A stretch of 42,922 bases of DNA from Neovahlkampfia damariscottae (Eukaryota): assembly GCA_016618085.1 (NCBI GenBank), contig JABLTG010000019.1, positions 124,001-166,922 of the forward strand, in the 5' to 3' direction. Shown piece after piece: positions 10,969 to 23,055 of the stretch. The notes beneath the pieces were generated by a model that saw nothing but the letters and a program-made list of their open reading frames with translations, had not been told where the DNA came from and searched no databases. How positions within the stretch are numbered: position 1 is the first letter of the stretch; each line of letters opens with the position of its first letter. The position numbers were made by a program, and so were the translations under genes.

Positions 10969-11288
10969 ATGAGCGAAGAAGAGGAAGAGGATGAATTTGA
11001 TCGTATAGTTAATCAATTTGGACCTTGTAAAGAAGCATATATGTCTATGGATGCATGCCTTGATGAAAATAATCATTCATGGGTAACCAAAAAAAAAATA
11101 ATAACCAAGTGCGTCTTCAGGTTCGTTTTTTCTTAAAAATTAATATATAGATCATTTGTCAATCAAAGGTAAAAGAATTCAAAAAATGTTTTGAAAGTAC
11201 TCTTCAAAATGATAAAGACGCTCAACAAAAAAGTTTGAAAATAATGTCGGAAATTCTAATAAAAAAAAATAAAACTAAAAAATTTTAA
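10969..11288 (+). CDS. Twin CX9C (CHCH) mitochondrial intermembrane-space protein, Coa4-like
   Basis: CKEAYMSMDAC-LDENNHSW|II-CQSKVKEFKKC after removing 11083-11150. Confidence 0.8.
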
Positions 11289-11627
11289 GATATTATTTTG
11301 CTTCTTCTTTGATTGTATCCCATTTTACTTTCCAGTATTTCATTTTTTTAGCTGGAACATCAGAAATGAAACCTTCTGGAACATCTTCTGTAACTAATTC
11401 TGTTTTATATGGTGCAAAATATTTTGATTCATCTCCTCTTGAGAGTTTGTACTATTTTAATTTTTAATATTTTTTTTTTTTTTTTTTACATGTGCAACGT
11501 TTAATTTAGCAGTGTGATAGTTGAAATATAAAGTTTCACCCCATACAAGTGTTACCATACTAAATCCGAATATAACTGCGGCTGTAGCTTTAGGAGCTTT
11601 TCTCATCAAGCTTAAATGTCCTGCCAT
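11285..11627 (-). CDS. Small single-pass membrane protein (1 intron), unknown function
   Basis: MAGHLSLMRKAPKATAAVIFGFSMVTLVWGETLYFNYH...; a phase-0 GT-AG intron joins open frames; codon usage like neighbouring genes. Confidence 0.65.
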
Positions 11628-11804
11628 TCTTCTTTGTAACGAAAATTTGAATGAAAAACAAAAAGTGAATTTAATTGGTCAAAAAAAATAACCTTAAAGA
11701 GTTAAATTTTAAAAAAACTTAAAATTTAGTTAAAATCAAAGAAATAAAATTATTTTCTCTTTCATTGAAGCACCAGAAAAATTGAACCAATCATTTTATT
11801 CCTA

Positions 11805-12521
11805 ATGTCCTCGCAAAAACAAACAAAAAGTCGAAAGAAAAAGACAAAAGAAAGTTCTTCACAAAGAGATGTCCTTTCACAAGGATCAACTGAAGATGAA
11901 AATTATGAAATTAATATGGGTGATAAAACTCAAGATTTGAATATGACAAACACAGATGATATTGAAACACCAGTTGCGACTCCAAAAAAAGTTGTAAAAC
12001 CATCATCTGCAACACCAAAAAAAACAAAAAAAATTGAAGGAACACATTCATACAACTTGAAAAATGATGAAAAGAATACAACAAAAACAAAAACAACAGA
12101 TAAAATTAAAAAACCAAGGAAAATGAGAACTTTTGAATATATGAATAGAAAACCAGGTGCTCAAGCGAACTCTGAAGGTTCACTTTTAGGAAAATCATAT
12201 TGTATTCCAAAAGGTTCTTTTGCTGTTCTCATTCGTGATATTATTACAAGTAGCGGCTCAACTGATATTAAATTAACCAAAGAGTGTGTTGCTGTTCTTC
12301 AAGAAAAAACTGAACAATATATGGTCAACTTTTTTTGGATTGCAAATATTCTTCCAAAATTGAGAAACACACATACTGTTCAAATGAAAGATATCAAATT
12401 AGCAAGATTAATAGCTTCAAATGATTTAGAAATGAACGTTCACAAAAATAAATTGAATCCACTTTTTGAAGCGATTGGACAAAAACCAAAAAAGAGTAAA
12501 AAAGCAAAAAAAGATGAATAA
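11805..12521 (+). CDS. Divergent histone H3 variant, candidate centromeric H3 (cenH3/CENP-A)
   Basis: Histone fold RKPGAQA...IPKGSFAVLIRDI...AVLQEKTEQYMVNFF...TVQMKDIKLARLI after a ~110-aa non-canonical tail. Confidence 0.75.
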   Translation: MSSQKQTKSRKKKTKESSSQRDVLSQGSTEDENYEINMGDKTQDLNMTNTDDIETPVATPKKVVKPSSATPKKTKKIEGTHSYNLKNDEKNTTKTKTTDKIKKPRKMRTFEYMNRKPGAQANSEGSLLGKSYCIPKGSFAVLIRDIITSSGSTDIKLTKECVAVLQEKTEQYMVNFFWIANILPKLRNTHTVQMKDIKLARLIASNDLEMNVHKNKLNPLFEAIGQKPKKSKKAKKDE

Positions 12522-12610
12522 ATTTCAATTTTTCAATATTTATGAATTTTATTTTTTTTTTCATTTTGATTGGCCATTTCTTTACTTTTTTTTTTGCACA
12601 ACTCTTCATC

Positions 12611-13073
12611 ATGTCATCATACAAAAGTCAAATTTCTGATGATCCAAATAATAAACACTGGTCAACAAATACATCAAATTTTGGATTTAAAATGTTGGAA
12701 AAAATGGGTTGGAAATCAGGTGAAGGTAAAAACAAAAAAAAAAAAAAATTAAAAAAGAAAATAAAAAGGTTTAGGAAAGAATTCAGATGGAAGTGTAAAA
12801 AATATAACAATTTCAAAAAAAGATGATAATAAAGGAATTGGTTCAAATGGCACAGAATCCAATGTTTCTGCGAAAATAGTTACTTATGAAAATGTATTAA
12901 AAAAATTACAACCTATCAATGTAAAAGAAAAGAAGAAAAAGGATAAAAAAGATAAAAAGAAAAAGGATAAAAAAAGAGTTGAAAAATATAAAAAAAAAAT
13001 TGACGCAAAATTATCAAAAAGATCTGTTGAGGATTATAATCAAATTTTAGGTATTTCCGCATCAACTGAATAA
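12611..13073 (+). CDS. G-patch domain protein, PINX1/Pxr1-like (1 intron)
   Basis: DPNNKHWS, SNFGFKMLEKMGWKSGEGLGKNSDG, KKDDNKGIG; lysine-rich tail. Confidence 0.85.
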
Positions 13074-13169
13074 AATTCTATATATTTTTATTAAAACGAT
13101 ATTTATTGGTTGTTTCAATTTTATCCAAACAAATAACGAGAAGATAAGTTTCCAGCTTCTAAAGGAAAA

Positions 13170-14466
13170 ATGAATTACGAATTTAGAAAGAGAAGAAGCA
13201 GTCAAAAAAGAAATGTACCAAGTTCTTCATACTATTTAGGGTTCGTCTTTTCTAAATTTTAAAAAAAAAAAACGAAAAAGTTACGTCGATGATTTTGAAA
13301 GCGTTGAAGACATTGAAAGAAAATTTCAAGAATTAGAGAGAGTAGAAACAGAAATTGGAAAAAATTTAAACGAAAAAGAACAAGAAGAGTTGTACAAAAA
13401 AACAAGTAATTTATACTTACAAGAAGGTAAAAAATAAAAAAAAATAAAAAAAAAAAAAGAAATCCATCAACAATTAAACGGAACACATAATTATAATGAT
13501 GAAGATGAATATTATTCAGATTTTTTAAATTCTGATTCAAATGAAAGTGATTATGAACAACAAATGAATGAAGATGATTTTTTTGAAAATCGAAAAAGAA
13601 AAAGATTTCCATTTCAAAAAAAAAAAAGTTCAAATAATGGAAATGTTGAAAGTGATATTATTCATCATCATTTAGGTAAATTTATATTACAAAAATCATC
13701 AAGAAATGAACAAGATGATGATTATTGTGAAACTGTTAAAATACCAGGTATTTTTATTATTCATTCTTTTTAATGATTCCAAGATGATCCAATTCCTATT
13801 CCTTGGTGTAAAACAATTGAACCATTGAATCATTATAAAATGAATGAAAATGGAATTTATATATTTGATCTACCAAAAGATGAAAATGAAGAAAATGTTA
13901 TTTCTGTTAAATCAATACCTAAATATAATTTTCAATCTTTTGATAAAGAATTTGATGCAATTTTGATTCATCCAAAATATACCATCTCAGAATTAGTAAT
14001 TACCCTTCAAATTATCATTTTTAAATTTTAGAAAAAATTACCATTAGATAAAACTTATTTAATGAAAAGAGGATATATTTTCATTTGGATTGAAAAGGAA
14101 AATATTTCAGATGTGATGATGTATTTTGAAAAATTGAATTTTGTTTATGTTGAAAATATGGTTTGGGTAAAGAAGGAAATGAATAATTCATTTTCAAAAA
14201 ATGAATATAAATTCACAAAAAAATCAAAAAGAACTTTATTTATTTTTAAAAAAGATAATGAATTAACAAAGAAATTAGATATTAGACATCAAAGGAATCC
14301 TGATACTGTTTTTGATTTTTGTGAACCAATTGAGTTTGTTTTTTCAATTATTGAGACTTTGTTATTCACTTCAAAACAAAATGAAAATCCATTTTTAGAA
14401 TTATGGGCTCCTGAAAATTCAAAAAAAAGAGAAAATTGGTTTAAGATTCATCAACAAGTTGAATAA
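13170..14466 (+). CDS. MT-A70-family protein with degenerate catalytic motif (MTA9/AMT6-7-like)
   Basis: FDAILIHPKY where DPPW is expected, GYIFIW, YVENMVWVK, SKRTLFIFKK, IRHQRNPDTVFD, FLELWA, RENW. Confidence 0.75.
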
Positions 14467-14612
14467 ATAATTTTGAACAACATTTCTATTTTTAAGAACA
14501 AAGGTTCAATTGAAAAGTTGAAACTACAATCAATTGTGCAAACAAGAATTTTTTAGTGTCTAGGTGTAAATAGTCTGTTGATTGGCTATTTGTCAGATTT
14601 ATTTTTCCATCA

Positions 14613-15534
<922 letters not shown>

Positions 15535-15680
15535 AAATATAATTCAAATATATAATTTTATTTTTATTACAAAATGAGAGATGTGATCATGTTGATATCA
15601 TTTTTTTTTTTCAATGTGAAAAAATTCTTCATTTCAATTCATTTACATTTACAAAGGTTTTTTCTAATTATAAAAAATGA

Positions 15681-16754
15681 TTAAAAACTAAAATCAAAGC
15701 AAACATTATTTTCATTTTTTACAAATAAATCCAAAGTATAAGTTGGATCGATTGATAACAATTTTTCTAAACTTGTTTCATTTGCAAGTTGACGATCTTG
15801 TTCTGATAAATTTGATTTCATCAATACAAGTGAATCTAATTTTCTTTGAAATTCTTGAAAATCTTTTGATTTCATTTTTTGTTTCTTCAAAGGAGGTAAA
15901 ATTGAAGTTTCAGTTGTTTGTGAACTAGAAGGTGAAATTGAAGGAGAAATTGAAGTTATATCAGTTGTAACAGTTGTTTCTTTCTTTGGTGAAGGTGATG
16001 TTGATGATGTTGTTGTTGTCTTTGTTTTGATAACAGTTGACGTTTCATCTTTTTTTTTTCTCTTTTTGATTTCTTTAACTTTTTCAGGTTGAAGTGTTTC
16101 TCTTGATATTGATGGTTTTCTTGCGTATACTCTAAATGATGGACTCTTTAAAATAAAAATTGGTTCTTTCAAATTTGTTGTTTCATAATATGAAATTCTA
16201 AAAGCAAAATATCCTTTATCATGATGATATGAAACATCACTGAATTGAATTCTCATTTTACCTTGTAAATCATCATCCTTCTTTGGTGATACTAAAGCTG
16301 TTTCTAATGAACCAATTAAGATTTGTGACTTGTCTTTCTTCAGAATTTCTTCATTTGTATTTGGATGAACAACTTGAATCATAGTTACTAAAACACCTTT
16401 GTTTTTTATGGACCCTTTCAATTTATGTTCAACTATATATTTGTGTGATGAATATAATTTATCAGGTACAAAAGAAGTAGCTTCTTCTCCACGTATCTTT
16501 AAAGTAATTTCAACTTTTAAATCTTTTTCATATTCTTCTTTGATTTTATCATTTAAAAATACTAAATTCCAGCTTCTAAATCTATTTAAACCATTTAATG
16601 CTGTTGTTGAAGGTCCAAGTACTGGAGCCAAGTTGAAGAATGGTTTAGGTGCAATATTTAGCATTGTCATTGGTGTAACATTGGTGTTTGAAGGTGATTT
16701 TGTTAGTTCTTGTATCTTTCCTTCTTTTAAAACTTTTTCATTGTTAGAGTTCAT
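15681..16754 (-). CDS. Putative transcription factor with a beta-sandwich (CudA/p53-fold-like) domain and basic NLS
   Basis: Intronless 357 aa; FSDVSYHH..FAFRISY..ILKSPSFRVYARKP followed by KKRKKK and an S/T-rich linker; fold assignment is inference. Confidence 0.45.
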   Translation of the reverse strand: MNSNNEKVLKEGKIQELTKSPSNTNVTPMTMLNIAPKPFFNLAPVLGPSTTALNGLNRFRSWNLVFLNDKIKEEYEKDLKVEITLKIRGEEATSFVPDKLYSSHKYIVEHKLKGSIKNKGVLVTMIQVVHPNTNEEILKKDKSQILIGSLETALVSPKKDDDLQGKMRIQFSDVSYHHDKGYFAFRISYYETTNLKEPIFILKSPSFRVYARKPSISRETLQPEKVKEIKKRKKKDETSTVIKTKTTTTSSTSPSPKKETTVTTDITSISPSISPSSSQTTETSILPPLKKQKMKSKDFQEFQRKLDSLVLMKSNLSEQDRQLANETSLEKLLSIDPTYTLDLFVKNENNVCFDFSF

Positions 16755-16916
16755 TTTTTCGTTGAAGTTTGTTTGGTTGAAAAAAAATCAAGTTAAAATT
16801 AACCAATTAAAAGTATTTTGGATTCAACTTTAATAACCAATCAATTTTATGTTGGGTTCAATTTTATCAACCAATCAAAATACAAATGTCCAAATTTAAA
16901 CAGTTCAAAATACAAT

Positions 16917-18611
<1,695 letters not shown>

Positions 18612-18666
18612 TTCTTATTGGCTAAAAAAAAACAGTCAATTTTGTTATTAAAAAAAATTTTAATTT

Positions 18667-19902
18667 TTAATTTTGATATTTGAACTCTACATTACAAAAA
18701 TTACCTTCTTTTAAATTTTGGCTTATGGTTGTGAAAAATATTGACGGAAACTGTAATAATATCAATTCGTCATAAGTTGTTGGATTTATTGATTCTATTC
18801 CTCCTCCTGTTAAAATTACATCATTATTTGATATTTTATTCAATCTGTGTCCTGATATTTTTTTTAATTCTTTTGAACATATCAAATAACTCCATTGAAA
18901 TGAAAGGAAATTAAATTCGTAAATATCACCGATATCCTCTGTTGGTATTGATGTTATTTCATCCCCAATAGTTCCACCAACAATCATCATTTTACTACCA
19001 ATCACAATTGAAACATGATCATTCAATTTTGGTGGAACATCTAAAAAATAATGAAATGATGAGAGTCGAACCTCCGAATGTTTGTATTTCTCTCCATGTA
19101 TAATTTAGTAAATTCAGTTCATATAAATTATTTGAATTTTCCTGATTAAGAGTATATCCTCCGAAAACAAACATTGAATCCAAGTATAATGAAGCTGAAT
19201 GATTTGTAAGTTCAATTGGATCATTTTTTGTATTGATACTCTCCCAGTTATTATTTAAAACTTTAAATATTTAATATTTGTCTTTAAATTACTTGAATAT
19301 ACAAATGTTTTGTTGCTAAAATTACCTGAAATGTCACCTCCAAAACAAATTATTGAATCTTTATAAACGACAGCAGAATGACATCCTATATCCTTAAAAA
19401 ATTAAACTATCATCAAATTTACAGGAGGACCGTTTCTAAAATTAATAAAAAAAATTATTTTTTTTTACGTTGTTGGTGTTGTTTGAAGAATTTTCCATTC
19501 ATTTTTCAAAATTTCATATTGAATGATAAATTGATATTCATCTTGAATTACCGATAAAACACTTGAAAGAATTAATTTTTTAAAATATACCCACCGATAA
19601 TTATCATTTTGCCATCATACAAACTTGTTGAATGTGTACTTCGTTTTGCTACTTCATTTGGTGTGTCTTTTTTGTTCCATAATCCTGTTTTTAAATCATA
19701 ACAGTACATGTTAGATTCGACTAAATCCCAATTCATGTCATCACCACCCTATTTTTCTTTAATTTTTTTTTTTTTTTACCCAAATGTATATTTTATGATC
19801 AAAATAAACTGAAGAATGATATCTTCGAGGTGGTGGACCATTTTTTAAATTTGCTATAGTGGAACAAGTTATTATATCTTTTGATTTATATTTCGACTTC
19901 AT
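18667..19902 (-). CDS. Kelch-repeat beta-propeller protein; 13-nt microexon 19423-19435
   Basis: Repeats such as PPPRRYHSSV..IYIWGG, HSTS..MIIIGG, HSAV..ICFGG, HSAS..FVFGG, HVSI..MIVGG, each followed by W. Confidence 0.88.
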
Positions 19903-20145
19903 AAACTTGTTGCCAGTAAATTTGAGCGAGTGGACCAATGAATAGAAAACGAATTTCTCCGTTTTTTAAATTTTGAATCTTTTTAACATAAAAAAATGTG
20001 AAAAAAAAATTCTTTCTTCACTTTTAAAAAAACAGTTTTTTTTTCACATTTTTTTTTTCTGGAGGAAGTCCAAAGACGACAAGTCAAATAAATATTTATT
20101 TTACATTCGAAAACAATTCCAAATTGTTTTCCAAAAAAACTAAAA

Positions 20146-20376
20146 CTACAGGGAATCTTTATCGTTTGAAAAATTCGATTTTTTGATGTCAATAGGAATT
20201 GGTGATGTACTCTGCATCTTTTTAGTTGGTGAATGTTTAGCTCCTAAAACTCCTGTTTCTTTTTTTTGTGAATTAATTACAGATTTTTTTTTCAAAGCAA
20301 GAGCTGAGAAGCATTCACAGAATTCTTCTTGACTGATTGTATCTAGGTTTACAAAATTAGCTGTTCTTCTTAACAT
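20146..20376 (-). CDS. Small hypothetical protein (76 aa)
   Basis: ATG-initiated ORF with host-like codon usage, downstream of a CCAAT cluster; no recognised family. Confidence 0.5.
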   Translation of the reverse strand: MLRRTANFVNLDTISQEEFCECFSALALKKKSVINSQKKETGVLGAKHSPTKKMQSTSPIPIDIKKSNFSNDKDSL

Positions 20377-20442
20377 TTTGATTCAGAGTTGTTGTTATCA
20401 CTTGGTATCAACAATTTAAACGTTTTTTTGTTGAGGCTAAAT

Positions 20443-20670
20443 GATTGGTTGGTCTTAAATTGCCATTGACCAATTTGGCTATTTTCTGTGCGGGAAATTG
20501 ATGATTGGTTTATTTCCTCAACGGTTTTCTAGTTTGGTATAATGATGAAAATTAGTGAATTGGTTTTTGGAGGTAAAATCAACTTCAATTTGAATGCCAA
20601 AAATAGATACCAATGAAAAGCTTTCGAACTATTTTTGACCAATCACTCCCATTCCTTCATCTATAAATAA
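20443..20670. promoter_or_regulatory. Bidirectional promoter with a cluster of CCAAT boxes and a TATA-like element
   Basis: Several ATTGG/CCAAT motifs on both strands between divergent genes; CTATAAATAAG at ~20661 just after GACCAATCA. Confidence 0.6.
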
Positions 20671-20752
20671 GTTCTTCTTTTTGGAAACAAACTTCAGACC
20701 TTGTAATTCGTGGCTAACGTTACACGTTTAGTATCAATTCAACTAAAAATTA

Positions 20753-21529
20753 ATGACTTCTGAAATTAAAATTCAAGCTGTGCAAACAGAACAAAACGCT
20801 TTCACCATTTTCGCTCCAAACTTATCAGATGGAGGAATTTTATTCCTTCTCCAAAAATTACAAGAGTTAAATGGCGTAGAAGTACAATATGGAGATTCAA
20901 CAAAAGTTGAACTCCCTCAATTCATGAGAAGATTAAAAGAAGAACAATCTGTATCAATGAACTTGCAAATCTCTCAAGTTGAAAATACAACATTACAAGT
21001 AGGTGAGAGAATTGATGAATTAGAAAAAAAAGTTGATCATCTTCATCAAAAAGTGAATAATCTTCAACTACCAAAAGAAGTCTCAAAACCTTCATTCATT
21101 GACAAGAAAATCACAAAACTAACAGACGAACTCAACTCAGATCTTTTGTCTGAAAAAAAAAAAGTTCAAATTGCTGAAAAACTTGAATTCTTGAAAAAAC
21201 AAAAACTTGACAAAGAAACCTCTAAAAATCAAAAACAAATTCAAATGTTAACAGAAAAACTTGATTCAGGAAAACTCTGTGAAAAGAGAAGATTAGCTAT
21301 TTTAGAAAAGATTCAAAACCTCAAACAAGGTCAAAAGAGAGTTCCTTCTTCTGTTGAAAAAAAGATTCAATCTTTAACAGAAAAGCTCAGTTCAAACCTT
21401 CCTGAAAAAAGAAAAATTCAAATTGCTGAAAAAATTCAATTGTTGAAAGCTCAACAAGATTTTGCAAAAAAAAACGTTTGTTGTAAAATTGAAGAAGAAT
21501 GGTTAAAATTCAAAAATGTTCAACAATAA
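20753..21529 (+). CDS. Coiled-coil protein with three ~43-aa helical repeats
   Basis: KKITKLTDELNSDLLSEKKKVQIAEKLEFLK / KQIQMLTEKLDSGKLCEKRRLAILEKIQNLK / KKIQSLTEKLSSNLPEKRKIQIAEKIQLLK. Confidence 0.75.
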   Translation: MTSEIKIQAVQTEQNAFTIFAPNLSDGGILFLLQKLQELNGVEVQYGDSTKVELPQFMRRLKEEQSVSMNLQISQVENTTLQVGERIDELEKKVDHLHQKVNNLQLPKEVSKPSFIDKKITKLTDELNSDLLSEKKKVQIAEKLEFLKKQKLDKETSKNQKQIQMLTEKLDSGKLCEKRRLAILEKIQNLKQGQKRVPSSVEKKIQSLTEKLSSNLPEKRKIQIAEKIQLLKAQQDFAKKNVCCKIEEEWLKFKNVQQ

Positions 21530-21648
21530 AGTAGAAATTTATCTTTTTAAAAATCAACAAGATTTTTTTTTCTTTCTTCCAAAATTGGACAATTAGAATT
21601 ATTTAAGTACTTTAATTGGCCATTCGGAACCAATCAAAACACAAGACA

Positions 21649-23004
21649 ATGTATTGTCCATTTGATCACACTGAAGTTGAAAAACAAACTCCGAAAGCAG
21701 AAACCCAAATCAACTCAGCTTCAGCAAAAGTTGAAACAATCCAAGCTCAACCAGAGAAAACTTGTCCATTTGACAAGAAGGATGAAAAAGAAACTGTTGA
21801 AAAACATTCACTTTCTTGTCGTTTTGACAAAGTTGAAAAAAAAGTTGAAGAGAAAAAGACTTGTCCATTCAAAGACCAAACCAAACTTGAAGATTTTGAT
21901 GTTATCAAAAAGATTCTCAACAAAACAGAATTAGATCCAGAAAGATGCCCATTCTCAGAAGGAAACATTTTAGAAATTTCCAAGAGCTGCCCAGCATTTC
22001 AAAAAGAAGAAGGTTGTCTATTCAAAAGATACAACACTTTGGATGAAATTGCTTCTTTATTTGATTCAATTCCAGAAGATCATCCAAAATGCTCTGCTTT
22101 TCAAGAAAACAAACAATTTTTCAAACAAAAGCTTGAAGAAGTTGATGATGAAGTTCTTTCTGTTTTTCTCAACAGAAGATGGGATGTTTATTTTGATGAA
22201 CCACTTAGAAAAGAAAAGTTATCTAGTGCTTTACACAAGGAAACAAAACCTAATCATATTAAAGCTGAAAGTGTTCCATTCATTAAAAGATTTGCTGCCT
22301 ATGATTTAGATCCCAAACAGTATAGAAGATACCTTTCACAATTATACTTTGTTTATCAAGCAATTGAATATGAATTAGAAAAAAACAAAGATCATCCTTT
22401 ACTTTCAAAAGTATATTATCCTGATCAATTATCAAGAGTCAATGCATTGGAAATGGATCTTGATTACTTTTATGGAAATGACTTTAAAAAGAAGATCAAA
22501 ATGATGGAAACCACAAGAGATTATGTCAATAGAATTCATGAAGTTGGTGAAAAACAACCAGAATTGTTAATTGCTCAAGCTTATACTAGATATTTAGGAG
22601 ATTTATTTGGAGGACAAATTTTAAAGCGTTGTGCAAAGAAAGCATTAAAACTTGACAAAAAAGGATATGCATTTTATGAATTTCCATATATTTCAAGTAT
22701 TAAAAGTTTCAGAGATGGTTACAAAGCGGACTTGGATGATTTAAATGTTACAATCAAAAAGTTACAAGAAATTGTTGATGAAGCCAATTTCACATTCACC
22801 TCAAATATCAGAATGACAACTCAATTAGATGAAAAAGATGAAGAAGATGATGCATATCCTTTAATTCCTTCATCAATGAAAAATGAAAACAGAGTGGTTA
22901 TTGGAATGATTGGATCAGTATTTACACCTCTTGTTGCCATTGTAGCTTTAATTGCAATGTTATATGCTTTATTTTCATTCTATGAAAAAACTAAAATTCA
23001 ATAA
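21649..23004 (+). CDS. Heme oxygenase with N-terminal Cys-Pro repeats and C-terminal membrane anchor (paralog 2)
   Basis: LHKETKPNHIKAE, VYQAIE, LSRVNALEMDL, AQAYTRYLGDLFGGQIL; shares HPKCSAF and NRRWD with 5563-6723. Confidence 0.93.
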   Translation: MYCPFDHTEVEKQTPKAETQINSASAKVETIQAQPEKTCPFDKKDEKETVEKHSLSCRFDKVEKKVEEKKTCPFKDQTKLEDFDVIKKILNKTELDPERCPFSEGNILEISKSCPAFQKEEGCLFKRYNTLDEIASLFDSIPEDHPKCSAFQENKQFFKQKLEEVDDEVLSVFLNRRWDVYFDEPLRKEKLSSALHKETKPNHIKAESVPFIKRFAAYDLDPKQYRRYLSQLYFVYQAIEYELEKNKDHPLLSKVYYPDQLSRVNALEMDLDYFYGNDFKKKIKMMETTRDYVNRIHEVGEKQPELLIAQAYTRYLGDLFGGQILKRCAKKALKLDKKGYAFYEFPYISSIKSFRDGYKADLDDLNVTIKKLQEIVDEANFTFTSNIRMTTQLDEKDEEDDAYPLIPSSMKNENRVVIGMIGSVFTPLVAIVALIAMLYALFSFYEKTKIQ

Positions 23005-23055
23005 AATCATTCCTTTTTCGTTTGAAATAAATCACCAATCAAAAACGAGTAAAAC

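Noticed and set aside
13406..13426. Possible extra 21-nt intron or zero-length exon (gtaattt...agaag|gt) in the MT-A70 gene
   Set aside because: The segment reads through in frame (SNLYLQE) without stops, so no splicing is required.
19983..20192. 69-aa minus-strand ORF
   Set aside because: Homopolymer-rich, overlaps the 3' end of 20146-20376; probably UTR.
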